Below are positions 1 through 12,334 of a DNA stretch of 64,000 bases, piece by piece. The position numbers and the translations under genes are program-made. Source of the stretch: Vicugna vicugna. Taxonomy: Eukaryota. Each line of letters opens with the position of its first letter. Position 1 is the first letter of the stretch. The stretch is taken from NCBI GenBank assembly GCA_013265495.1, contig MU057711.1:1550001-1614000 (forward strand), in the 5' to 3' direction. The notes beneath the pieces are model-generated. The model ran no database searches and was not told the origin of the DNA. It worked only from the letters and a program-made list of their open reading frames with translations.

Positions 1-422
1 CATCAGCCCTTCCGCCCGCCTCCCTCGCCGGCCTTCAGGTATGAGGCGGCGCGCGCGCCCAGGGTTCGGAATAGGTTCGCAAGGGGCCTAGAGAAGCCCG
101 CGTGTGGGCGCGAGGGGCGGGGGATGAGCGCCCCCTAGCGGGCGAAGGCGCGAGGGGCAGCCGGAGCGCGGGTAAGCCTCGGCGTGCGGGCTGGCCGGGC
201 GGCCGGGCTGCAGGGCGCGTGCGTGTGCGGCTGGGCGGGGCGGGGCGTGCGCCGCGGCCACCCAGAGAGGCGCACGTGCCGCGCCCGGGAGCAGGCGCCA
301 GGGGCCTAGAGGCCAGTGTCCGCCTTCGCGGCCCCGCAGCCCAGAGCTTGGAGCTCGGGCGGGCCTCTCTCGCCCGCTTCTCGAAGCGCCTGCTCTGCGG
401 GCGCGAAGTTGGATCGAGCCTG

Positions 423-570
423 CATTCATTCATTCGTTCGTTCATTTATTCGAGATAGATCATTGAACACGTACGAAGTGCCAGGCACAGGACAAGCGCT
501 GAGGACGCAGTGAGGGCAAAAACAGATAAGGCCTGCCTTCGTGCCTCTTACAGTCTAGTGCAGGAGGCAG
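423..570 (-). mobile_element. LINE2 (L2) 3' end fragment inside the CpG island
   Basis: CATTCATTCATT...CATTGAACACGTAC..GTGCCAGGCAC...CTTACAGTCTAGTG matches the reverse-complement L2 3' terminus pattern. Confidence 0.75.
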
Positions 571-1329
571 TGACAAGTACAGTGGCGTCGCAGGCAGGTT
601 CATTTTCCTGATGCCATTTTAATCTTTTGCACTTAAAATTTATATTTTGCATCCGCACTTTTTATTTCCTATGCACCTTTCTGGTATGTTTTATTCACGT
701 GTACTTGCTTTGCGTATAGACAACAAATCTTGTGATTTATGGGCGATTTTTCAAGGGTAATTTTGAAATTTCAAGGCGAATGAATTTTCGCCTAACGCAT
801 TGACTTAGAACTTTACACACACGTAGTCACAAACGAGAAAGTAAAAATACAGATTTGCTAAGGTGGCAGGGGGAGAGGAGCTGCGTAGAGGGTAAGAGGA
901 AGGGCGCGTTCCAGCCCGGTTGCGGGAAGGCGGGGACCTGGAGATAAACTCAGGCTGTTAATCCGGCGGAGGCAGGAGGGTGAGCGGACCTCTCCGTCAA
1001 ATCCAAAGCAAGAAGGTGACTCCGGACCGCAAGCTGAGGCGGGTCGGGATGCTGCCCACCAGGGTACATGGTCCTTTTGTCCCCGCCAGGCGATCTTGAA
1101 CCTGCGTGCTCAGCGAGCCAGAGCAGATGTGCAGCCGGCGGGGACCCGGCGCGAGCCCGAGAATCTGGAGAGTCGTGCGTCGCAGACTGACAGCACCTCC
1201 TTTCGGCCTCCGGGCTCGCCGCCCGCGGGGTCTGCCGCCGCCTAGGATATGCTCTTATGCTCTCCCCTACTCTGGGAAGCCTGCCTTGGACTCGCCTACA
1301 GTCACTCCTTTGAGCTTCTCAGCCTCCTT

Positions 1330-1358
1330 TGTTTTTGTTTTTGTTTTTGTTTTTGTTT
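1330..1358. repeat. (GTTTTT)n simple repeat
   Basis: Read directly from the sequence. Confidence 0.9.
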
Positions 1359-2549
1359 TAAAAATCACCTGGGGGGACCCCATCTCCGACCCTCACCCTC
1401 GCCTGCATTGGGACTCCTGCCCGCCGGGGTCACTGGGTTTGCCAGGAGAAAGGGGAGGGGCAGGGGAAGAAGCAACTGTTTTACTTTAAGTTAAATTGAC
1501 ACCAAACTATTTTTTCAACTCAGATCTTTTTGAGACATCCCCAGAAAGCATTGCCAGCTGTGATTACACCTAATGTGAGAGCATGAACTAATTTAAGAGG
1601 TGAGAGCTGACTAAAGAGACTGTACCTAGCAGAGCCGCAGTGGCTGGCGGCTCCAGCGATGGAGGGTACCTAGAGAAACACCCACGTAGAACCGACGGCG
1701 TGCTCTCAGGGCTCTGGCTCTGCACAGTCGGTCATTCTACAGATATTGACTGAGTGTGGACCCCGTCTCGGGGAAAGCTTGTTTTCATGGAGCTCACAAA
1801 CAGGACTGGATTATCCAGAGGGAGATGATGGGTCTCCAGCCTCCTCCTCTTCTCTTCGTGGTGAGGCTCTGGCAGGCAGTGCCCATGCCTGAACTGCCAT
1901 CTGTATGCCAGTGATTCTCCATCTTGTATGGCCAGTCTTAGCCTCTGCATCCCAGACCTGTCATTCTAAGAGCCAGCTGGATCTCTCTGATTATACATCC
2001 TGCAGGCATATTTAACTGACCCATACTTTGTCTCCTTCCCTCTGTCACCCAAACTCTTGTCCTCTCCTTCCTTCCCTATCCCCGTGACAACAGTTACACC
2101 CACCTAGGAACCCCCACGTCTAACTTGACTCTAAATTTATGTCCTATTGTTTGAGCTGTGCTCATCCAGCTGCCTGTTTAGGGTTCATTATCTCTGGCTT
2201 GGGATACTGCAAGAGTATCCCTAATTTATCTTTCAGAGGTTAGTGCACAAATCACCTCCTGACCTGCTACATACTGTTTATTTTTTCATTTGATGGATAT
2301 CCATTGAGTGCCCTGAGATGTGTAACCTCCACTTTTCTCCCGTGTAAGGGAGACTTCCCTGGCCACCATAATTCAGATTGATCACTCCCTTGGCATTCCC
2401 TATCCATCTTCCACATAGTATGTGTTTAAAAAATAATGATTTAATGTTGATAGATAAGTGTTTTCCTGAATTGTGAGCATTAAATGAGACAATGTATGTG
2501 AGAAGGAAAATTCATTAGAAACCTAAAAAGCAGTCATGTTTATTTTTAG

Positions 2550-3035
2550 TGTTGTCACATTGTTACACTCAGGATTCTTACAGCTGCAAGGGACAAAACC
2601 AATTCCAACTGGCTTAAATACTAAGGATTTCATTTGATTGGTAAAAAAGCCGATAGCTAGGTCTTGCCAGTTAAGGTATAGCTGGCTGGATCCATCAGTC
2701 AGGGTTATCAAGATCTGTTTCCTGGTTTTGGCTTTATTTTCAGGCAAACTGTTTCCATATGATAGTCCCTTAGAAGCTACTGCCAGCTTGGCAAGAAAAG
2801 GAGAGCACTTTTCCTTTGATATTTGCTGCAGAAGTCCCAGGGCTGTTCTTACAGGAACGGCAGAGTCACTTGCCCCTCTCTGAACATGGACTATTCTGCT
2901 GACTAAGCTTGGATTCAGATGTCTTCTTCTGGAAAGGGGCTTGGTGTTAGCTCCACATTATATAGACCAGGGGAGTTCTCCAAAGGAAAATTAGAGAAAG
3001 GATGCTGGGCAGGCAGTACCAACACATGTCTACTT
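2550..3035. mobile_element. MLT1-type (MaLR) LTR, diverged
   Basis: CAGGATTCTT..CAGCTGCAAG..ACAAAACC..TCCAACTGGCTTAA at the start and GGATGCTGGGCAGGCA..ACA near the end, typical of old MLT1J/K/L LTRs. Confidence 0.6.
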
Positions 3036-3325
3036 TTGTTCCTTTCAAAGCGTCAGCTGCAATATATTTCACCTGACAAGAATGATGATGAAGAGTGATA
3101 CAGCAGCCAAAACAGTAGATGTGGGTTTGTCTTGGTCCTTTGGGATCATGAAGATCTCAGCTAAACATGCAATCAGATACAATCAACACAGCTTTGACAT
3201 CTGAATGTACCTCAAGGGTAGAGCCAGATAAGTATAAACAATTAAGTAATTGTAACATGCTATTCCATATTACTTCTATGACAACATTTTGTTGGAGTTG
3301 ATTTTTTTTTCTTTTCATTTCTTAG

Positions 3326-3443
3326 CCTCCCAGAAAAGGGAAAATCTTCCTTCCTTGTGGACAGATACCTGAAATTCCTCATTATTCACTGCTTAATAAA
3401 AACCAATGAAAATTTGAGAAAGTCTGAAAAATAAAAGGATTGA
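3326..3443 (+). pseudogene. Candidate pseudo-exon (N-terminal LLxKxx region)
   Basis: Strong polypyrimidine acceptor TTTTTTC.TTTTCATTTCTTAG| and donor-like |GTTAGG. One frame reads ...HYSLLNKNQ*, loosely like the family LLEKK motif. All frames contain stops. Confidence 0.35.
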
Positions 3444-4286
3444 GTTAGGTCATGTCTGCAATTTAAGACTATGAGTTTAACTTGCTAAGGCTTCTCAGGT
3501 GTTGGAATGTTAGTAAAGTATTATAAAACTGTCTGAGGCTTTTAAAATAACGTGTTATAGAGATTCAGGAAACTGCAAGATTGCAGATAATGAATTTGTA
3601 CTGTTGCTGTTATATCCTTTATGTGCTGCTTTAATTGCATCCTTATATTTTGGTGAAGTCAAAGGTTTATTTCCCTGCACTGCACTCTAAATTTCCCACC
3701 ACAATGCAATTTGAGAAATGAATATAACAGCTATCTTGATCCCTCTACCACCACCCTGGGAAAAAAATGACCCCCTATTTTTGGAATGACAGTGTCTTTA
3801 AGAAAAGGGGAATATTTTGTCACAGAATATGAAACTAACCCATCCTTTTATTAACTCAAAATGGATTCTCTAATGTTTATACACATCAAACAGTATTTCA
3901 TCTCTTTTAGCCTTGGTTCAAAGGCCCAGACAGTACCATTCCCTAGCATTTAGTTCATTTGCCCATAAAGCAGAAGAGAAAGGCTATTTTGTTCTGAAGA
4001 GTGTTAAATTTAGGTTTCAATGGTCAAGGTCATTTCAAATTAATGCTTGGCTCTAGACTATTTGGGAATAATTCTAAGTTGTGCAAAGTGTGAAAGAATA
4101 TTTTAACTTTCACCCAAACCTTGGTCTTCCTGTGAATGTCTTATTTTGCCTGACAGATTCATTTTGATTGCAACATTTTTGCTATTTAAGTTTAAAAGGT
4201 ATGTTACAAAATTAACTTTGTAATTGGGCACTTTCATTAAATACAAGGAAATGCAGGATTATTTTTTAATGAAGGCCAGGTTTGTG

Positions 4287-4780
4287 TTCCTGTTGATTTG
4301 GTATTTCTTCTTCGTTCCTTTCTTTTCCTTTTTGTTTTTCTTTTTGTGGCTTGATAATTAAGTTGATTTGGTATTTCTTCTTCGTTCCTTTCTTTTCCTT
4401 TTTGTGGCTTGATAATTTTCTTTTGTATTAGCTTGGTTTCTTGTTGGGTTTTGTGACTCTGTTATATGCTTTTGATTTGTGATCACCCTGTTTTTCAAGT
4501 ATGTTAACCCATTACTATATATTTGCTTTAGACTGATAACCATATAGGCTCAAATACATCCTTAAAGGAATGAAGGGGAAAAAAGAGAAAAAAATCTATA
4601 TTTTCTTTTTCTCCTCTTCCACCTTTTATGATTTTGATGTCCTTTTTTTTAACATATTTGTGTTTATTCTCTTGCAATTCACTGTAGTTATTGCATATCC
4701 AGTTATGGTTTTCTCATTTTCTATAACTTCTAGCCTTTTTTTCTATTTAGAGTAGACCCTTCAGTATTTCTTTTAGGATA
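4287..4780 (-). mobile_element. Internal L1 fragment (end of ORF1 plus ORF1-ORF2 spacer) flanked by a 16-bp direct repeat
   Basis: The minus strand begins ATCCTAAAAGAAATACTGAAGGGTCTACTCTAA (ILKEILKGLL*, L1 ORF1 C-terminus). GAAGGCCAGGTTTGTG occurs at 4271-4286 and 4781-4796. Confidence 0.8.
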
Positions 4781-5011
4781 GAAGGCCAGGTTTGTGGTAA
4801 CATTTTAATTCTTTTTTTAAAAAAAAAACTTTGATCTTAAAAGAAATCAAATAATGTATTCAAAATATCTTTAGCTTTTAACTTATACCAAATTATGCAA
4901 TTTCCTAGCCACTGTTTAGAAGGAGAGACTATACCTTCATCTACTAAATGGGAAAGATGCTGGTACCATTTTTAAAACAATGCCTTGAATCTACTGTGGT
5001 TGTGCTGGTAG

Positions 5012-5155
5012 GAATTTTATATGAAACTGTTATTCAAGTATATGACATTAAGGTCAAGGGGGAGAAAATCATAGAATAATGTAATCCTAGAGAGCCGCTC
5101 TTGAGAGAAAAACCACATAGGTGATATCAAAAGCTTTTTGGAATTTTTCCAAGAA
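5012..5155 (+). pseudogene. Candidate pseudo-exon (DUF4200 core)
   Basis: TAG|GAATTT...CAAGAA|GTAATT, 144 nt, reading EFYMKLLFKYMTLRSRGRKS*NNVILESRS*EKNHIGDIKSFLEFFQE. Resembles family EFxMK...DxxxFxEFxxE. Confidence 0.55.
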
Positions 5156-6004
5156 GTAATTATCTGTGTGCTTTTGGGGTGGTGATTATGGGGACAAACT
5201 AAAGTTTGGCCAGTTCAGCAAACAAGTGCATGAAATGTACAGGACACCATTTTCAGGCCTTGACTACTGCAAAAGTGAATGATCCCCCCAACCCAGACTT
5301 CCTGTTTAGCAGCGGTCAGAGATGCATCCCTGGAGAACCTCCATTTAAGACTCTGGTTCTACTCAGAAGACTTCTTAGTGGTGCTACCTACATTCTTACC
5401 TGGTAGCGTTGATTATTCTCTGTATTTGTTTAAATTGCCCTATAATCAAAAGTTACACAAAAATTACACACATATAAAATTAATAGGTCAGAGAACATTC
5501 AAACAAGTATTTCTGGTATGACTTCAAATGCATTTTGGCATTTATTAAATAAATGGTGGATATTATCACTTGTGGATGGCTGGATTGACATTTGGGAAGT
5601 TATCACCAACTTTAGTAGGGATCTTAAGGAAATTTCCTGGATGTTGCATTCATTGACAATTGTACAAAGACTTCCCATGGTTTAGAAAGCTCACAGGAAG
5701 CTGTCTTAGAAAAAAAAGTCTGCTAACTGGAGGGCTTGCTGAACCCCAGATTTCTGTGTTATTGGGTGGTAAACAAAAGGAAGGATTTAAATAGAACTTG
5801 AAGGGGAGAAATGCAGAAGAAAAAGAGGGTTTTGTATTTTTTTTAATTATTTTCCCAAAATGATGTTTCCTGGTAGACATCTGAGAAATGAGGTCAGAGG
5901 CGCACGCCTGGTCCTGCCGCCCTGCATCAGGCCTCAGGGACAATGACGTGACTGAGCTCCCTGATGCATCTGCCCTGCAGCCATTCCCTGCTTTCCTCGT
6001 CACT

Positions 6005-6440
6005 GTTCTTGCCTCTGACAGCTGACTTTTTCCAACTAGCTTTTGGTTTGGGCCAAGAGAAGGAAGACACAAGCTGGGGATCAGAGAGACACAGAAGAGA
6101 GAAGTTGGGGGATTTCTTCCTGCTCTCTCCCTGCTTCAGTGCAGGGAGTGTGAAGCGATGACCCTGAAAAGACTCTGTCAGTGCTTCCCCTTTTCAAGAT
6201 TGTGGCTCCTGCCCAGCACCCCTCCTCCTCTCCTGGGTGCCAACTCTCACTCCAGCAATACTCTTTACTCCTTCTGTACCTTCAGCCTGAGGACGGGAGG
6301 TTTGCCAGTCTCCGGGTTCTTATCATCTTGTGTTGATTCCCCAGACTCTGCCAACACCTCTGTAGGTTGTCCCTTCATTAAAGTCTCTCTGTTTGAACTC
6401 TTCGGCTTTAATTCCATTTCCTCCTGGGATCTCAGTAATA
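6005..6440. mobile_element. Old ERVL-type LTR remnant
   Basis: GC-richer block with CCCTTCATTAAAGTCTCT near the end and general LTR-like composition. Subfamily not assigned. Confidence 0.45.
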
Positions 6441-7597
6441 CACTGTATCAGTACAAAATCTTGCTTCACCTTCAAAACCAACAGATTTGATATATTTTAT
6501 CCTCTTGTGGAACCATTAGTTGTTTAATCACTGGTTGTATCATAGAAAAAGAAAATCACTGTGAATTAAACCCTAATACATTACAAATTCAGATTAGGAG
6601 CATGATGTTACCAAAGCTATATATTTCAAACAAAAATGTTCATCATGAGTTTTAAAAATTACCTGCTGACAAATGTAATTATGCTGTTTTCAGAATGTTA
6701 AAGTGAAACAAATCAAAAGAAGCATATTTTAAAGTAGCAAATGCTAAATCTCTGAGTAAAATACATTCTATGCTTACAGTACAAGGATATGTTAATGTCT
6801 CGAGAAAGATACAATATTTTGTGGGCTCACAAAGCTGTTTTAAAGTTTTTGAAATATAAAAACCTTTTAAGATGTGAAAATAAAAATATTTTTATTCTTG
6901 AAAAGTATGGCAATTACTGCTGTTTTTAAACTTGTAAACTTTTATCTGTGCATGTTCTCAACAAATAAAGAATTTACTGTTATTTAAAACAGGTAATGTT
7001 TTAGATTTTAAAACAACAGTTTGAAAGCAAGCCACAATAAAGTATATTTCAATAGATATGTTCTTGTGAGGGAATCCTTTTAGTCATCCATTCAGCTTAA
7101 CTATCCATTTTATATCTACTGCCCAGTATTGTTTGAGGTCCTTTAATACCAAAACAGTATTAAAAGCTAGTTAGGAAATATAAAGCAATTAGAAAGTAAT
7201 CTATGACAAGTAGGCTATCCACAAATAGCAACAAAATTTAGAATAAACTCAATTAAAATATCTATTTAATTCTAGTGTTTACTAGTCTAGGAAAACAAAC
7301 CGGTTAAATTCCTGTTTCTTCTGGTCGTTATGGTAACATGCTGCATACTGTAATTGTTTTAAGTAACTAGAGATGTATTGAAATGTATCTCTGGTTTAGT
7401 CAGTATATTTTAAATTTCATCAATGCTTTCTTCTGTCCTCATTATGAAATTGGTCCCAACACTTCATGCATCAGCAATATCAAGATGATGGGGTATTAGT
7501 GCAGTGAGATTTCCATGGCCTTTTTAGACAAAGATTGGAATTTTGGATCTTTAACCTGGAGAATCTTGAACCTTATATGTTGAACTTTAATTCTTCT

Positions 7598-7895
7598 CAA
7601 GTCAACTGCCTACATTTTGCAGACTGAGGCCCAGGGAGGGTAAGTTCCTCTGAGATAGTGGTTCTTGCATGGGCTCTAAAATCAGCATGCAAGGGCCAAA
7701 ATCCCATGCTGGTGCCTCTTCCGCAAGAACCTTTTGATAAGATATATAATCTCTCTGCATTAAGTTCCCTCATCAGCAAAGTAGGAATACCAGTGAGCAT
7801 TTATCTACCTTAAAGGCTGGTTTTCAGAATGGAGAGAGCTAATGCATGTGATTAGCCTGTACCTGGCACGAGCTGTCCATCCGTAAGCACTGCTG
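7598..7895. mobile_element. MIR SINE fragments (two, opposite orientation)
   Basis: ATTTTGCAGACTGAGGCCCAGGGAGGGTAAG... followed by CTCTCTGCATTAAGTTCCCTCATCAGCAAAGTAGGAATA MIR core. Confidence 0.65.
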
Positions 7896-10800
7896 CCCCC
7901 TCCTCCTCGGGTGCCCAGGGAGTGGGAGCACTAGAAATAGAACCACAAGTATATTCCCCACTGCCCCCTGCTTGCCCCAGACTCATCTTGAGGTTGGCCA
8001 GGCACTCCCCTGGTGCTTTGCTGGTGATTTTTCTTCTCTCGCTGTGCAAAAGTCCAGGCGATAATGTTTGATTTTTGGTAGATATATTTCATTCAATTCC
8101 ATTGAAAGTCTTCATTCCCAAATTGAAAACAAAGACGATTTAATGTACCTCGGTAACCTTACACACACAGTTGGCAGTTTCACAAACATATCATGCACTT
8201 CCTTTTCTGTATTTACGTATTCATTCAACTAATATGTATTGACTACCTACAGTGTGGCAGGTATTTGTTGTGGAGACCGGGGATACACCAGTGAACAAAA
8301 CCAGCAAAACTTCCTGCCCTCTATGGAAGTTATCTGAGGGAGAGGTTTGACTTTGTGGCCAGCCGCGTTCTTCTCATTATGACCTTTACCACCATAATAT
8401 TGAAGCTAAATCATCCTCCGTATCATTGGTCCACACAATTATGAGAACACAACTTTTTCTGCTGAAACATCCTTAAAAAGATACCTCACAACACAGGAGT
8501 TGGCATGTTTTTTGTTTTTTGTTTTTGGTATGACATTAAAAGACTTTTTTTCTATCTTGGGATTTAATCAGAAAACCAACATCATACATTTTATGTTGTC
8601 ATTTCCACGTTTAAATGTAAGCAAATTCAAGGACTGTGAGTCTGCTGCCTGTAAATGAAAGGTGAAGGTAATTATCATGTTGCCTGGGCACATTTTGTCA
8701 GTGGAGAATGGTTTGCTGGGTTTTCTTCTATGAAATGTTTGTAAAATAAATTTTAATGTGCCCTTTAAATATGTCTTGTTTTAAAGAAATTCCATTTTAA
8801 AACATGCTAAGAGAAGAATTTGATGTCTGTGCTTGAGGTCAAAAACACAAAGAGCCTTGTGTTTCTGCTTTAGGCTCCTTCTCTCCCTCCCTCCTGTATG
8901 TCAGTGCCCGTCTGACCACAAAGCAGACTCTTGGGCTCAAGACATGTATGTGCAAATCTGGTTTGAAAAAGCTTCAATTTTCTAACTCCTGTGATTACCT
9001 GAATACCTTCTGTATGCCTTTCCTTACCAATGAGCACCCTTCTCCCCACCCTCTTGGGGACCAGGAAAGGGAGGCTCTGACATTGTGCTTGTATAAACAT
9101 AACTGAAAGCTTCCCATGTCTCTTGCAACTTCATAAGTGATTTTTTTGGTATTATGCTGAGGCAGTAGTTCTTTAAATAAAATATTCTCCCATGGAAATC
9201 GCCCACAATGCTGAGCGTACACCTTGCAAAAGGTGAGGCTAGAATATAGGGTGCACCCTCAGCATTGCCTAAAAGCTGAAGTTAGGGCTCTCTGGAATAA
9301 AAAAGACAGATTTATAGCAGCTCATTAGTGTAAGGAAATCAGGAAAGCCGTGTGCCGCCATCACCCGTGGAAGAAACAAGGAACTGCCACACCAGCGCGG
9401 ACGTGAAGCACTGAAGATGAAGCTGTTTACAACGGCTCTCGTTCATTCCAGAGAAACCCACTTGCCTATTTTGAACCACTTTTCTCTGTAGCATATGTCT
9501 CGCTGTGCGACCCAAACGGTGTTTCTATCCCAGTCACTTGGTAAAAAATCTGTCATTGCTTCAGAGAGATCCATTTTAAGCCTGAAGCATGGAGCTGATA
9601 ATTAGATGGGCTTTGGTAGTCTGAGGAAATGACCCTATGGAAAATGTACACAGTTGTTTTTTCTTTTGTTTCTCATAATATTGTTGCTAGATGGGGCTAC
9701 ATTTTTAAAGTAGACGATAGAGGCCAAAATCAGTTTGCTTATCCCCACTCATTCTAAATAAGAACCTTTGTTTCTATGCAACAAGATGAGAAAAACGGGG
9801 CGGGGGGGGGCTTCCTGATCCACTGTCCACTAAATTATTTCAATTGAAATGTATTTCCCTATGTATCTGAGACAATTTCCAGATTATTGCCCTTTAAAAT
9901 CTATTGATATTAGCTGGGAAGAAAGCAAGATGCAAAGTTCTATCAATAGCACATATGTACAGGAATAATAAAATTTCTATAAATAGTATTTATAGACGAT
10001 GGCTGGTAGAGTAAATTAATCAGCAGATAAATTGATGAGTGTCTTTGGTTAGGATGATGACTTTTTTAGCCTTCAATGAACTTCAATAAATGTAATTAAT
10101 AATAAATTAATACAGTTTTTCTTAAGCCTAAAAGAGAATTTCCTTTTAACAGTATTAAAGTCCACATAATGTCCATTGGTACCATCAAGGCATTGCTCCC
10201 CTCTCCTTAACCTGCAAACCACACAGGAGGATACTCATAGAAGGGTCTCTCAGACAGGCTGTGGTTTGCGTTCATCAATAAATCATCTGTAATTAGAAGT
10301 AGAAATATTTTCTTCCCAGCGCAAATACATCTCTTTCAAAAGTAGTTCTCTTTTTAAAAATGATGTTTGACATCTTAGAAATGAGGATAACCTTTATTAT
10401 GTGCATTGCTGTAATCAAAGCCTTATTTTGTGGAGTGGACTCAAGGTTACATGTTTAAGAAAAGCATCAGGTTAATCCCGGTAGGAAAATTGTCTTATAC
10501 ATAAACGCTTAACAATTGAAAAGACTATTAGAAGCCTATAGGTATGTAAGTTGGATAGAAGTAAATAGTATGTTTGACAGTTGGCATTACAGAACAATAG
10601 CCTGCATTTGCATGATTATATCTATTTAAAGACTAATAAACCTTTGACAGAAAAATACATATTCACCTCAACATGAGGCTTTCAGATATTATGTCAAATT
10701 TTTGAATGTCAAAATGTAGTCTGGCACAGAGAAACAAATTTGCCCAAGGTCATTTAGCTAGCAGAGGTGGGGTTATTTTCTGTCCCCCAATTCTAAAAAC

Positions 10801-11141
10801 CTGTCCACTTTTCTCCTGCAGCATTGCCTCCTCTAAAAAGGCACTCATGCTGAATCCAATGATGACGATGTAGTGTTTCTAGCTAGGAGTTAGCTCTGAT
10901 TCATTTAAATATGAAAATTTTTGCTAGTAAACAATGAGGTTCAGTTTTTTTTAATTTCTAAGGTGATATACCTCTCTCCCTTTTTTCTCTTTCTCCTCTT
11001 TTGCCCCTAAATAGCGTTCCATATATATTACTGACAGAAACAGATTATTGGAATTCATGTTATGCTTTTCCATATCTTTTAATCATTTTTACAACTGTTC
11101 ACATGACAATTATATTTCTACTTTTAAAAATTGTTACAAAG

Positions 11142-11203
11142 ATGCACAGAGAAAAGAGGAAAGCAAAGGAATAAAGTACAAGCAATTATGTAGTGATACT
11201 TTT
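11142..11203 (+). pseudogene. Candidate pseudo-exon
   Basis: AAAG|ATGCACAG...ACTTTT|GTGATC, reading AQRKEESKGIKYKQLCSDT. Heptad pattern continues into the 12335 exon. Confidence 0.4.
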
Positions 11204-12334
11204 GTGATCTGACATTTTGGGAAATGAGGGATAATGTGCTACTTGCATTACCTTTTAATATCCAGGTTTTAACCTTTTACTGGGTGAAGGTGAAATTCAC
11301 ATAACAATCTGGTCACAACATAACAATAGGCTTTTACTTTTTAAATTTTCACACCATCCCTATTTTTTAACCTGTAAGAAGAATGCTTACTTTGTATCAG
11401 GTTATGTGATGGCGCCTAGAAGTAGATGTGTACAATTTACCAACAGGTCCTTTTGCAAAAGATATATTAATAACATACTAAGAAGTGAGTTGATGCTGTG
11501 CAAAGTGAGCCAGTGGGTTGAAATGTATAGCTTGTACTCATTACTCTTCCCAATCAAGCAGTTGACAGGATTTGACCTGTTGGGTTTATTTGTGAATCAT
11601 TTGTATTTCTCATTTTGAAGATTTCAGTTTCAAATTTTTTTAAAGCTCATTATTGTGAGATAGGCTATTAATGTTCCTTTCTCATCACTTAACAAGAAGT
11701 CCTTTATTCTGTTGCTCCCTTCCCGCCCCACCATTGTACCTACCAGTGTCCTTTTTACAGTTGCAAGTTGATTGGCCTGACATTATGACACCATTGAGAG
11801 ACCTTCCTCTTATAAATACAAGATCATTTTCCTATGTTTTGAGCATGCGGTATAGATGTTACATATTTACACAGATGTTATATATTTACATAGAAAGTTA
11901 CATAGATGTTACATAGTTATATAGATGGCACATGACCTTTCTTCATGTGGTGTGTTCAGATGAGTAACTTTGGAAAGTGTCTGTATTACATGGACCCAGA
12001 AGTCCCTCAGAGATCATATTTGGGAGTAGAAGCACCCAAACATCCAAACTAACCTAATTAACTTACTAAAATTTAGAATTTAACTAACAATGAATTTGAG
12101 ATATGTAAGATTTTGCTTGAAGTGTGTTTTTGTTGTGCTCCTGTTTTGTTTTCCAAAATGCGTTTGCCTTGTTTTCATATTATTTCATATTTTCATATTT
12201 TCTCACTCTGTGAAGAGAGCAAGGGTGAGCATCTGTTAACAAAAGTTTGTGTATTTAGTTTATAATTATATAAAATTTTAGCTTTATAATTTTTAATACT
12301 GACTTGGCTTTTGGATTATATTTTCTTTTGTTAG

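Larger units (their letters stand above)
1..1460. promoter_or_regulatory. CpG island / probable promoter (cut by the window start)
   Basis: Very high GC and CpG density at 1-~420 and ~880-1460. GC boxes (GGGGCGGGG near 114 and 238) and a CACGTG E-box at 273-278. Plus-strand donor-like sites CAG|GTATGA (39) and CGG|GTAAGC (172). Confidence 0.88.

Noticed and set aside
35..458. Overlapping 113-136 aa ORFs in the CpG island
   Set aside because: R/P/G/A-rich, open on both strands because high GC suppresses stops, and partly running into an L2 fragment. No recognisable domain.
3050..3235. Possible first pseudo-exon (RQLQYISPDKNDDEE*)
   Set aside because: Acceptor-like site is present, but I found no family motif or clear donor, so it is unsupported.
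11406..11618. 70-aa ORF containing NILRSEL...YSLY, superficially like the family KSE...Y motif
   Set aside because: Spacing does not fit, and the 12335-12378 exon matches the same position better with proper splice sites.
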